Positions 28,243 through 36,559 of a stretch of 43,967 bases of DNA are shown here, one piece after another (position 1 is the stretch's first letter; every line of letters begins with the position of its first letter). The notes beneath the pieces were generated by a model that saw only the letters and a list, made by a program, of their open reading frames with translations, was not told where the DNA came from and ran no database searches. This DNA comes from an uncultured bacterium (GTDB lineage: Bacteria; RBG-13-66-14). The stretch is from contig CAZNZF010000003.1 in the NCBI GenBank assembly GCA_964577465.1, positions 28,880-72,846 of the forward strand, written 5' to 3'. Position numbers and translations under genes: made by a program.

Positions 28243-28270
28243 TAGCGTTACTTCGTATCCGGGAGGGGTC

Positions 28271-30397
28271 ATGCGACGTTTAACGGTTGTCATCCTGTTG
28301 CTGGTCCTCGCCCTGGCCGCTTTCGGCAACCGGCGGCGCCAGAACGACTGGACCGGCGGACCGGGTCACACGGAGCCGGATTCGGCCTGGGGCACGACCT
28401 TCTACATCAGCTCGAACATCAACTTCTACTACTTCGAGCAGCTATGGCTCGCCTTCTCACCGAACCTGTCTCCGACGCAGCAGCACATCGGGGACGTCAA
28501 CGGGGCCTACTACGTCAAGGCGGGCTACATAGACATGGACAGCTACATGGACGTGGTTGTCTCGTCCTCGGACGCATCCATCTTCGTGTGGTTCAAAAAC
28601 CTGGGGAACGGGGAGTTCGACCCGACGCCGCGCTCCATCATCCCCAACCAGTGGGCCGCCTTCAACATCGTGGACCTCAACGAGGACGGCTACGGGGACA
28701 TCATCATCGGCATAGACAACCCCGGCCCGGCGCACCTCTCCTGGCTGGAAAACGACGGCGACGGTAACTTCACCGAGCACGTCGTGGATCCGAGCTTCAC
28801 CGAGGTGGACCTGCCCGTGGCGGTGGACTTCGACCGGGACTCGGACCTCGACCTCTTCGCCGGCGCGTACCAGTCGTCACCCCTGCGCTGGTACGAAAAC
28901 CTGGGCGACGAGACATTCGATATCCACACCCTCGTCCCCTCGGGCCACTACGGCGGCGAGAACATCGGCCTCACCACGGGCGACTTCAACGGCGACGGCT
29001 GGACGGATGTGGCCTTCAGCTGCCGCTGGAACGGCGAGGTCGTCTGGTGGGAGTACCTGGAGGACTGGACCGACCCCACTCTGGCCTTCACCGAGCACGT
29101 CATCTACACCGGGATGACCGAAGCCTACACCTGCGTCGCCTTCGACATGGACTGGGACCAGGACCCCGACCTGGTGACGAGCTCGCGCAACGGCCGCATC
29201 GACTGGTTCGAGAACGACGGGGCGGGCAATTTCACCGACCATCCCATCACCTCGAGCTACGCCGAATGCCGTGAGGTTTACCCCATAGACGCCGATTACG
29301 ACGGCGACATCGATATACTCGGCGCCACGGAGACCGGCGACAGCCTGGACTGGTGGGAGAACGACGGCGGGATGAGCTTCACCCAGCGGTCGTGGACCAC
29401 GAGCTACGACGGCGCCCACGGCGTCCGCACGGGAGACATCACCGACACCAAGGCCCCCATCGCCATCTCCACCGCCCGCATCGAGGACACAGTCGACTGG
29501 TGGGCGATAACCGAGGGCTTCCGCGACCACGGCACGCTCGACTCGGGTATCCTGGAGTGCGAGTTCGAGAACCCCGACTGGCTCTACTGCGTCTGGGAGG
29601 GATTCGAGGAGACCGGCACGGACATCGCCTTCTACGTCCGCGGGGGAAACGACGTGGACGAGCTCCTGGCCTCCTCCTGGAGCGGACCCTTCCACTCCCA
29701 GTTCGACGTCGGGGACCAAATCGGAGACGGCACGCGCTACTTACAGTACAGGGTGGAAATGACCAGCAGTGACTCCGACGTGTCGCCCAGCCTGTACCAG
29801 GTGGACGTGTACTACCTGGACGGCGACCTGGACGCGGATTCCGTGGCCGTGGAGGCCGAGACCCACGACGAGGGGGTGCTGGTGAGCTGGACCGCCGAGG
29901 GTGAATTCAGCGCCTTCGACCTCCTCCGCGCTTCGGCTGCGAATGCCGACCACCGCGAGCTGTACGTCAAGCTGAACGACCTGCCGCTGCCCGCGGCGTC
30001 CCTCGGCCGCTACCTGGACTACGATGTCGAGGCCGGACGGGGCTACGCCTACATGATTCGGGCGGTGGACGGGGAAGGCTCCGTCTCCGAGTTCGGGCCT
30101 GCCCTCGCCGTGGCGGGCCCAGACGGGGAGATGAGACGCCTGGTGCTGGAGCAGAGCCACCCGAACCCGACCACGGGCCTCACGGTCATTAACTTCAACC
30201 TGCCCACGGAGGGCCCGGCGGAGCTGGCGGTCTACGACCTGGCCGGACGCCGGGTGACGACCCTGGTCTCGGGCGTACTCGCCGCCGGCCGTCACGAGGT
30301 AGGGTTCGACGCCTCCTCCCTGACCGCGGGGGTCTACCTCTACCGCCTGACGGCGTCGGAGGGGACCCTAACGCGACGGCTGGTCGTCGGCCGGTAG
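28271..30397 (+). CDS. Secreted FG-GAP/VCBS repeat protein with T9SS-like C-terminal domain
   Basis: Signal peptide; repeated DxDxDGDxD + W.ENDG.G.F blades; C-terminal QSHPNP...YDLAGRRV...AGVYLYRL. Confidence 0.9.
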   Translation: MRRLTVVILLLVLALAAFGNRRRQNDWTGGPGHTEPDSAWGTTFYISSNINFYYFEQLWLAFSPNLSPTQQHIGDVNGAYYVKAGYIDMDSYMDVVVSSSDASIFVWFKNLGNGEFDPTPRSIIPNQWAAFNIVDLNEDGYGDIIIGIDNPGPAHLSWLENDGDGNFTEHVVDPSFTEVDLPVAVDFDRDSDLDLFAGAYQSSPLRWYENLGDETFDIHTLVPSGHYGGENIGLTTGDFNGDGWTDVAFSCRWNGEVVWWEYLEDWTDPTLAFTEHVIYTGMTEAYTCVAFDMDWDQDPDLVTSSRNGRIDWFENDGAGNFTDHPITSSYAECREVYPIDADYDGDIDILGATETGDSLDWWENDGGMSFTQRSWTTSYDGAHGVRTGDITDTKAPIAISTARIEDTVDWWAITEGFRDHGTLDSGILECEFENPDWLYCVWEGFEETGTDIAFYVRGGNDVDELLASSWSGPFHSQFDVGDQIGDGTRYLQYRVEMTSSDSDVSPSLYQVDVYYLDGDLDADSVAVEAETHDEGVLVSWTAEGEFSAFDLLRASAANADHRELYVKLNDLPLPAASLGRYLDYDVEAGRGYAYMIRAVDGEGSVSEFGPALAVAGPDGEMRRLVLEQSHPNPTTGLTVINFNLPTEGPAELAVYDLAGRRVTTLVSGVLAAGRHEVGFDASSLTAGVYLYRLTASEGTLTRRLVVGR

Positions 30398-30438
30398 GAC
30401 CGGCTCGGCACCGGCTCGCTATCAGGGGTAATCTGAAG

Positions 30439-30465
30439 AAAACGGGCGTCCGGACGCCCGTTTTT
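30439..30465. terminator. Bidirectional terminator between convergent genes
   Basis: Perfect 26-nt palindrome AAAACGGGCGTCCGGACGCCCGTTTT. Confidence 0.8.
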
Positions 30466-30504
30466 GAATAGACGAACCTACCGTCAGGCCCCGGCGTCCC
30501 TCCT

Positions 30505-31290
30505 CTAGGTGGACGGATTCAGCGCTTTTTCGATGGCCTCCCGGATGCCCTCACGCGGCGCCTCGTAGCCCCAGAAAATTTCCTTCCCGTCCACGTAGAT
30601 GCCGCGGGGCAGCCCGCTACGGGCGAGTACGACCGGCTCGTGGGCCGGGAACTCGCGCAGGGACACGCGGTCGCCGAACTCCGCCGCCACCTCGCGCACG
30701 CGCTGGGCCTCGATTTCCGAGGTCTGGCACAGGCGGTTCCAGAAGAGGTCCACCACGACCCTGCCGGGGACGGGCTCGAAGCGGTAGGTGCTATCCAAAA
30801 AGCGGGGCGGCTCGGCGGAACCAATGAACGGCTTCCATAGGAGAGCTTGGTCACCCCGGCGTTCGACCACAGTGTAGCCGAGCTTCTCGTAGAACCCGCC
30901 GGGCAGGAACCAGAAATCCCAGTAGTACGCCTCGGTGCAGACGCCCTTCGATTTCCGTTTTCTCGCCTCCCTCTCCGCCTCGGCCACCAGCCCCTTACCG
31001 GCGCCGACGCCGCGACCCTTCTCCAGAACCCACAGGCAGGGAACCGCCGTCAGTCCGCGGCCCGCCGGGCCCCAGGGGCAGACCTCGACGGGCATGGAGT
31101 AGATGAAGCCCACCGGCTCCGAGCCCAGGAGCGCGACGTGCACCCGGAGGCCCTTTCCGCGCATCCCTTTCAGCCACTCCACCCGCCGCCGCCCGCAGGC
31201 GTCGATTTCGGCGCTCTCCCCCACGTGGGAGCAGGTGCCCACGAAGTACTCGGTGGAGGGGTCCATCTCCCCGATTTCCAGTTGAGCCAT
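30505..31290 (-). CDS. GNAT N-acetyltransferase with C-terminal thioredoxin-like (YoaP-like) region
   Basis: GFIYSMP, CLWV...RGVGAGKGLV (motif A), FYEKLGY; GGAGGGAG RBS before ATG 31290. Confidence 0.8.
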   Translation of the reverse strand: MAQLEIGEMDPSTEYFVGTCSHVGESAEIDACGRRRVEWLKGMRGKGLRVHVALLGSEPVGFIYSMPVEVCPWGPAGRGLTAVPCLWVLEKGRGVGAGKGLVAEAEREARKRKSKGVCTEAYYWDFWFLPGGFYEKLGYTVVERRGDQALLWKPFIGSAEPPRFLDSTYRFEPVPGRVVVDLFWNRLCQTSEIEAQRVREVAAEFGDRVSLREFPAHEPVVLARSGLPRGIYVDGKEIFWGYEAPREGIREAIEKALNPST

Positions 31291-31330
31291 GATACTCCCT
31301 CCGTTCCGCGTCCCAACCACGACTTTCCCG

Positions 31331-32377
31331 TCAGCGCCGGACCCTGAACCGCAGGAGCGCCCCGACGGCGCCCAGGCCGTCGAGGATTCCGCCCCTCCCC
31401 GGAACGTACTCCACGTGGGCGTCGGTGGATTCGGCGAGGTCGGTCAGGCGCTCCCGCACGTCGGCGGCGAGGGTATCCCCAACCAGGAGCACGTCCGCCG
31501 CGCCCATAGTGAGGGCGATCCGCGTGTCCTCGGGTCCCGCGACGGCCAGGCCGCCACGCCGCAGCTCGGCCGTAAGGTGCTCCAGGTAGCTCTTCTCCTG
31601 CTTCCTCTCCACCGCCTCTACCAGGGGCTCCATTTTGTCCAAAAGCTCGGAGTCCCCCTCCTTCAGGTTCCAGGGAATCTCGCCGATGACCTTCTCCGCG
31701 AGCGACCGGGGCAGCGCCTCTTTCAGGGCGGTGAGCATCCGCGCGTGGCCGGCCAGGACGACGCGGCCGACGCCCTCCTCCCGGAAAATTTCCTCGGCCC
31801 GGTCGGCCAGCTCCTTGGCCAGGTGCTTCACCTGGTTCTCGCGGCGGCGCTGGTAGCGCATCTGCGACCAGCCGCCCACCTTGGACCGGTGGTGTATTTT
31901 CTCGCGCAGGGAGTCCTCCGCTTCGGCCGTCTCGCCGGCGGTGACGAGAATCCTCGCCCCCGAGGCATCCAGGAGAATCACACCCACCGGCTCGTACTCG
32001 TCGAGCTGGACCGCCAGCGGGAAGAGGACGGCCCCTGAGTCCACGGCCAGAAGCGGCTTCGGAGGTGCGGGCAACTCCACGCCCCGGACGTAGGACGGCG
32101 CGCCGTCGGCGCCCAGGTCGGCGAAGAAGGCCAGACCGGGACCGGTGAAGCCGTGCGTCTTTTTTTCCTTCAGAAAATCGGCCAGGAAGGAGACCGACGC
32201 CTCCAGGTACTCCCGCTCCTCGCCGGATACCAGGCGCTCCACGCGGGAGGATTCCCGCTTAATGAACGCCTCCGCCCCGTCCCAGCCCCGCGAGAGGTCC
32301 AGGTAAACGGACAGGACGGTCCGCTCGCTCTCGGCGAGCCGGGCGAGCTCCCGCATCAGGCCTTCGGTGATGTCCAT
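31331..32377 (-). CDS. Bacterial archaeo-eukaryotic release factor (baeRF / eRF1-like) protein
   Basis: VLSVYLD N-domain; central RNase H-like domain with GGWSQMRYQRRRE; C-terminal L7Ae/pelota-like domain (GLAVAG...GAADVLLV...GAVGALLRF). Confidence 0.85.
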   Translation of the reverse strand: MDITEGLMRELARLAESERTVLSVYLDLSRGWDGAEAFIKRESSRVERLVSGEEREYLEASVSFLADFLKEKKTHGFTGPGLAFFADLGADGAPSYVRGVELPAPPKPLLAVDSGAVLFPLAVQLDEYEPVGVILLDASGARILVTAGETAEAEDSLREKIHHRSKVGGWSQMRYQRRRENQVKHLAKELADRAEEIFREEGVGRVVLAGHARMLTALKEALPRSLAEKVIGEIPWNLKEGDSELLDKMEPLVEAVERKQEKSYLEHLTAELRRGGLAVAGPEDTRIALTMGAADVLLVGDTLAADVRERLTDLAESTDAHVEYVPGRGGILDGLGAVGALLRFRVRR

Positions 32378-32533
32378 GAGTGTCTCCCGTCGATGTGCGG
32401 TCGGTTGGATGAATGATACCTCATTTAGCCGGGGACGTTACCTCTTTCAGTTTGCGACGGGGCGCAGAAGCCCCGCCCGGCATTCGGATAACAAGAGGCC
32501 CCCGAAGGGGCCGTACCAGTAAGAAACACTGAC

Positions 32534-33280
32534 TCAAGGCTCGCCCGAATCCAGGTAGTTGTCGAGGAGAACCCTCGCCTGGCGGTGGTTGGGGTTTATC
32601 TCCAGGGCGCGGCGCAGCTTGGCGATGGCCTTGGGCGTCTGGTACAGGCAGCTGTAGGCGTAGCCCATGTGGTACATGAGCGCCGGGTCGTTGGGGTTGC
32701 GCTCCTCGACCTGCTCGAAATTTTCGATGGCCTTGGCGTACTCCCCCAGGGCGTTGCAGACGATTCCCAGATGGTAGTTCGCGATGCGCGACTCGGGGTG
32801 GAGCTTGATGAGCTTCTCGTTGTACTCCTTGGCCCGGGGCAGGTCGCCCATGTGGTAGCAGGCGATTCCCAGCCAGTAGTAGGCCATGGCAAAGTCGGGG
32901 TCGCACTCGAGGCAGCGCTTCAGGGCCTCCACGGCCTTGCCGACGTACCCGCCCCGGTAGTACGCGATGCCGAGGGCGTACCAGGTGAAGCTCTGGTTGT
33001 CGAGGAGCTCCAGGGAGTGCTTGAACGTCGCGATGGCCTTGTCCGGCTCCCCACGCAGGTAGTACAGGTCGCCGAGGTTCTTATAGACGGCGGGGTCGTC
33101 CTTGACGAGCTTCGCCGCCTTTTCGTAAGCCTTGATGGCATCGATGATTTTGCCCCGGGAACGCAGACGGGCTCCCTCGCGGCGGTAGCACTCGCTGTCG
33201 TCGACCCCCAGGATCACGCCGCAGTAGGGGCAAAACCTGAAGTCGTCCACCGCTTCCCGGCCGCAGCACGTGCAGTTCAT
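32534..33280 (-). CDS. Zinc-ribbon + TPR repeat protein
   Basis: CTCCG...FCPYCG followed by about six TPRs (YKNLGDLY, WYALGIAY, YYWLGIAC, NYHLGIV, YHMGYAY). Confidence 0.85.
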   Translation of the reverse strand: MNCTCCGREAVDDFRFCPYCGVILGVDDSECYRREGARLRSRGKIIDAIKAYEKAAKLVKDDPAVYKNLGDLYYLRGEPDKAIATFKHSLELLDNQSFTWYALGIAYYRGGYVGKAVEALKRCLECDPDFAMAYYWLGIACYHMGDLPRAKEYNEKLIKLHPESRIANYHLGIVCNALGEYAKAIENFEQVEERNPNDPALMYHMGYAYSCLYQTPKAIAKLRRALEINPNHRQARVLLDNYLDSGEP

Positions 33281-33288
33281 CGGTCCCC

Positions 33289-34572
33289 CTAGGGGAGGTT
33301 GGCCGCGATGGCCTTGGCGAATTCGCTGGCCTTGACCGGCCGGACGCCGTCCAGTTGCCGGGCGAGGTCGTAGGTCACGACGCGGTCCAGGATGGTTTTC
33401 TCGAGGGCGGTCTTGATGGCGTCGGCGGCCTCGTTCCAGCCCAGGTACTCCAGGAGCATCACCCCGGACAGCATGAGCGAACCGGGGTTGACCTTGTCCT
33501 GTCCGCGGTACTTGGGGGCGGTGCCGTGGGTGGCCTCGAAGAGGGCGACGTAGTCCCCGATGTTGGCTCCGGGGGCCAAGCCCAGGCCGCCGACCTGGGC
33601 CGCGCACGCGTCGGAGAGGTAATCACCGTTGAGGTTGGGCGTGGCCAGGACGTCGTACTCGTCGGGGCGCAGGAGCACCTGCTGGAACATCTGGTCGGCG
33701 ATGCGGTCCTTGACCACCACGCGCCCGCCGGGGTCGCCCGCCGGCTTGCCGCCGCGCAGACCGGCGAAGGCGCCGTCCTTGACCGTCGGGGTTACGCCGT
33801 CCTCGGCCATCACCTGGTCCCAGAGCTCCGTCTCGGTGATGACCTTGTCGCGGAACTCGTCCCGCGCCACCTCGTAGCCCCAGAGCTTGAACGCGCCCTC
33901 GGTATACTTCATGATGTTGCCCTTGTGCACGAAGGTGACGGAGGAACGCCCCTGGTCCACGGCGTGCCGGAGCGCCTTACGCGCGAGGCGCTTGGAGCCG
34001 GTGATGGAGATGGGCTTGATGCCGATGCCGGAGTCGGGGCGGATTTTCTTCCCCAGCTCGTTCCCGATGAAGCCGATGAGCTTTTTGGCCTCCGGGGTTC
34101 CCTCCTCCCACTCTATTCCGGCGTAGACATCCTCGGTGTTCTCCCGGTAGATGACCACGTCGAGCTTTTCGGGCTCGCGCATGGGCGAGGGGACACCGCG
34201 GTAGTATTTGACCGGCCGGACGCAGGCGTAGAGGTCGAGAATCTGCCGCAGGCTGACGTTCAGGCTGCGGAACCCGCCGCCCACCGGGGTGGTCAGCGGC
34301 CCCTTGATGGCGACCACGTACTCCCGGATGTCGTCGATGGTCTGGTCGGGGAGGTAGGAGCCGGTCTTCTCGAAGGCCTTATCACCGGCGTAGATTTCCC
34401 TCCAGTGGATTTTCCGGCGGCCGCCGTAGAGCTTCTCCACGGCCGCGTTCCACACGTGCATCGAAGCCCGCGTGATGTCGGGGCCGATGCCGTCCCCCTC
34501 GATGAAGGGGATTACGGGCTCGTCGGGAATATCCAGCCGCCCGTCCCTCACGGTGATTTTATCGGGGCTCAT
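33289..34572 (-). CDS. icd: NADP-dependent isocitrate dehydrogenase (E. coli-type)
   Basis: [53 protein letters not shown] and VTYDLAR (NADP determinants). Confidence 0.96.
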   Translation of the reverse strand: MSPDKITVRDGRLDIPDEPVIPFIEGDGIGPDITRASMHVWNAAVEKLYGGRRKIHWREIYAGDKAFEKTGSYLPDQTIDDIREYVVAIKGPLTTPVGGGFRSLNVSLRQILDLYACVRPVKYYRGVPSPMREPEKLDVVIYRENTEDVYAGIEWEEGTPEAKKLIGFIGNELGKKIRPDSGIGIKPISITGSKRLARKALRHAVDQGRSSVTFVHKGNIMKYTEGAFKLWGYEVARDEFRDKVITETELWDQVMAEDGVTPTVKDGAFAGLRGGKPAGDPGGRVVVKDRIADQMFQQVLLRPDEYDVLATPNLNGDYLSDACAAQVGGLGLAPGANIGDYVALFEATHGTAPKYRGQDKVNPGSLMLSGVMLLEYLGWNEAADAIKTALEKTILDRVVTYDLARQLDGVRPVKASEFAKAIAANLP

Positions 34573-34678
34573 ACTCTCCTTTATCTGAGGAATGCGTCGA
34601 AGATTCTTTCTCCTACGACCTCCGCCTCCCCCTGTACCCCTGTAAACCTACTTTAACGGAAGGAGAGGCACAACCCCC

Positions 34679-35179
34679 TTACAGCTTGAAGGTTCCGTGC
34701 TTGACGATGTGCTCGGTGAGGCCGCCGTCGGCTAAAAGCGCCTGCATGGAGTCCGGGATGGGGGTGAAGCGGAGCTCGGTGCGTTTGGTGATGTCGCGGA
34801 TGACGCCCGAGCCCAGGTCCACCTCGAGCTCGTCCCCGTCTCCAATCGCGTCGGTGTCGCACACCAGGGCGGGCAGCCCCACGTTGAACGAGTTGCGGTA
34901 GAAGATGCGGGCGAAGGATTTCGCCAGCACCGCCGACACGCCGCACAACTTTATCACGCGGGGGGCGTGCTCGCGGGAGGAGCCCAGGCCGAAGTTGCGG
35001 CCGCCCACCACGAAGTCGCCCGGCTTCACCCGGGAGGCGAAGGTGGGGTCGGCGTCCTCCAGGGTGTGCTCGGCCAGCTTGGGCAGGTCGTTGCGGAGGT
35101 GGAAGTAGCGCCCCGGGGCGATGTGGTCGGTGGAGATGTCGTCGCCGAACTTGAACGCCCGGCCTTTCAGTACGTCCAC
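34679..35179 (-). CDS. leuD: Isopropylmalate isomerase/homoaconitase-family small subunit (LeuD/HacB type)
   Basis: FGDDISTDHIAPGRY, GRNFGLGSSREHA, SFARIFYRNS.NVGLP; AAGGAGG RBS 7 nt before GTG 35179. Confidence 0.88.
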   Translation of the reverse strand: MDVLKGRAFKFGDDISTDHIAPGRYFHLRNDLPKLAEHTLEDADPTFASRVKPGDFVVGGRNFGLGSSREHAPRVIKLCGVSAVLAKSFARIFYRNSFNVGLPALVCDTDAIGDGDELEVDLGSGVIRDITKRTELRFTPIPDSMQALLADGGLTEHIVKHGTFKL

Positions 35180-35195
35180 GTGCATTCCTCCTTGC

Positions 35196-35286
35196 AGGGG
35201 CAAGGGGTTTAACCGAGCGAACCGAGCGCAGCGAGTTATGCCCCCGGCAAACCGAGCTATGCCTCTGGCAAAATCCCTTGTCTCCT
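35196..35286 (+). repeat. Mini-insertion copy B: 60 nt in the centre of a GGCAAGGGG/CCCTTGTC palindrome, leuC-leuD intergenic region
   Basis: 35209-35270 is identical to the reverse complement of 4676-4737; made of 9+30+21 nt sub-units. Confidence 0.9.
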
Positions 35287-35298
35287 TGCCCGACGGGC

Positions 35299-36549
35299 TC
35301 AGATACGACGCGGGTCGGTGATTTCCCCGGTCAGCGCCGAGGCGGCCACCGTCGCCGGGGAGGCGAGGTAGATGAATCCCTCGGGGTTGCCCATACGGCC
35401 GTGGAAGTTGCGGTTCTGGGTGGCGATGCAGACCTCGCCGTCGCCCAGCACACCCTGGTGGATACCCACGCAGGGCCCGCAGCCCGGCGGCAGCACCGTC
35501 GCGCCCGCGTCCACGAAAATCCCCACGAGTCCCGCGTCGAGGGCGGCGCGGTACACCTTCCGCGAGGCGGGGCAGACGAGGAAGCGGACCCCGGCCGCCG
35601 CCGTCTTCCCCTTGACGATTCCGGCGGCGACCTCCAGGTCGTCCAGGCGGCCGTTGGTGCAGGTGCCGATGAAGGCCTGGTCGATTTTTATCCCCTTCGC
35701 CTCGCCCACGGGGTGCGTGTTGTCCACCGTGTGGGGGAAGCTCACCGTGGGCTCGAGCTTTCCCAGGTCGAAGGCGAAGGTTTTTTCGTACACCGCGTCG
35801 GGGTCGGGGGCGATGGGGGAGAAATCCCCCGGCCGGCCCATCTCGGCGAGGAACGCCTTCGTCTTGTCATCGGCGGCGAAGATGCCGGACTTGGCCCCGG
35901 CCTCCACCGCCATGTTGGAGAGGGTGAAGCGCTCGGACATGGTCAGCCCCGACGCCCCGGGCCCGGTGAAGTCGAGGGACTTGTAGGTCGCCCCGTCGGC
36001 GCCGATGTGCCCGATGATTGAAAGCATCAGGTCCTTGGCGTACACCCCGGGCGGGAAGGAACCGGCGAGCTCGATCTTGAAGCTCTCCGGCACCCGCAGC
36101 CAGACCTTCCCCAGCGCGATGGCGAAGGCCACGTCGGTGGAGCCCATGCCGGTGGCGAAGGCCCCCAGGGCGCCCGAGGTGACGGTGTGGGAATCCGCCC
36201 CGACGAGAAGGTCGCCGGGGCGGATGTAGTCCTCGACCATGCGCTGGTGACAGACGCCCTGGCCGATCTCGGAGACGATCACGCCGGTCTTGGCGGCGAA
36301 ATCCCGCAGGATGGCGTGGGCGTTGGAGAGCTCCTTGCGCGGGCTCGGCGAGGCGTGGTCCAGGAAGATGACCGTCCGTTTCGGGTGGGCGGCCTGGACT
36401 TTCCCGGCCTTCTCCAGCTCCCGCACCGACAGGGGGCCGGTGCCGTCCTGAACCAGGGCGGCGTCCACGTCGGCGATGACGAGCTCCCCCGGCGCGGCCG
36501 GACCGCCCGCGTGGGCGGAGATGATTTTCTCGGCGAGTGTCTGTCCCAT
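35299..36549 (-). CDS. leuC: Isopropylmalate isomerase/homoaconitase-family large subunit (LeuC/HacA type)
   Basis: MGQTLAEKI, GVCHQ, GADSHT, IGTCTNGR, PGCGPC (4Fe-4S Cys), NRNF.GRMG. Confidence 0.9.
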   Translation of the reverse strand: MGQTLAEKIISAHAGGPAAPGELVIADVDAALVQDGTGPLSVRELEKAGKVQAAHPKRTVIFLDHASPSPRKELSNAHAILRDFAAKTGVIVSEIGQGVCHQRMVEDYIRPGDLLVGADSHTVTSGALGAFATGMGSTDVAFAIALGKVWLRVPESFKIELAGSFPPGVYAKDLMLSIIGHIGADGATYKSLDFTGPGASGLTMSERFTLSNMAVEAGAKSGIFAADDKTKAFLAEMGRPGDFSPIAPDPDAVYEKTFAFDLGKLEPTVSFPHTVDNTHPVGEAKGIKIDQAFIGTCTNGRLDDLEVAAGIVKGKTAAAGVRFLVCPASRKVYRAALDAGLVGIFVDAGATVLPPGCGPCVGIHQGVLGDGEVCIATQNRNFHGRMGNPEGFIYLASPATVAASALTGEITDPRRI

Positions 36550-36559
36550 GGGGCTCCTA

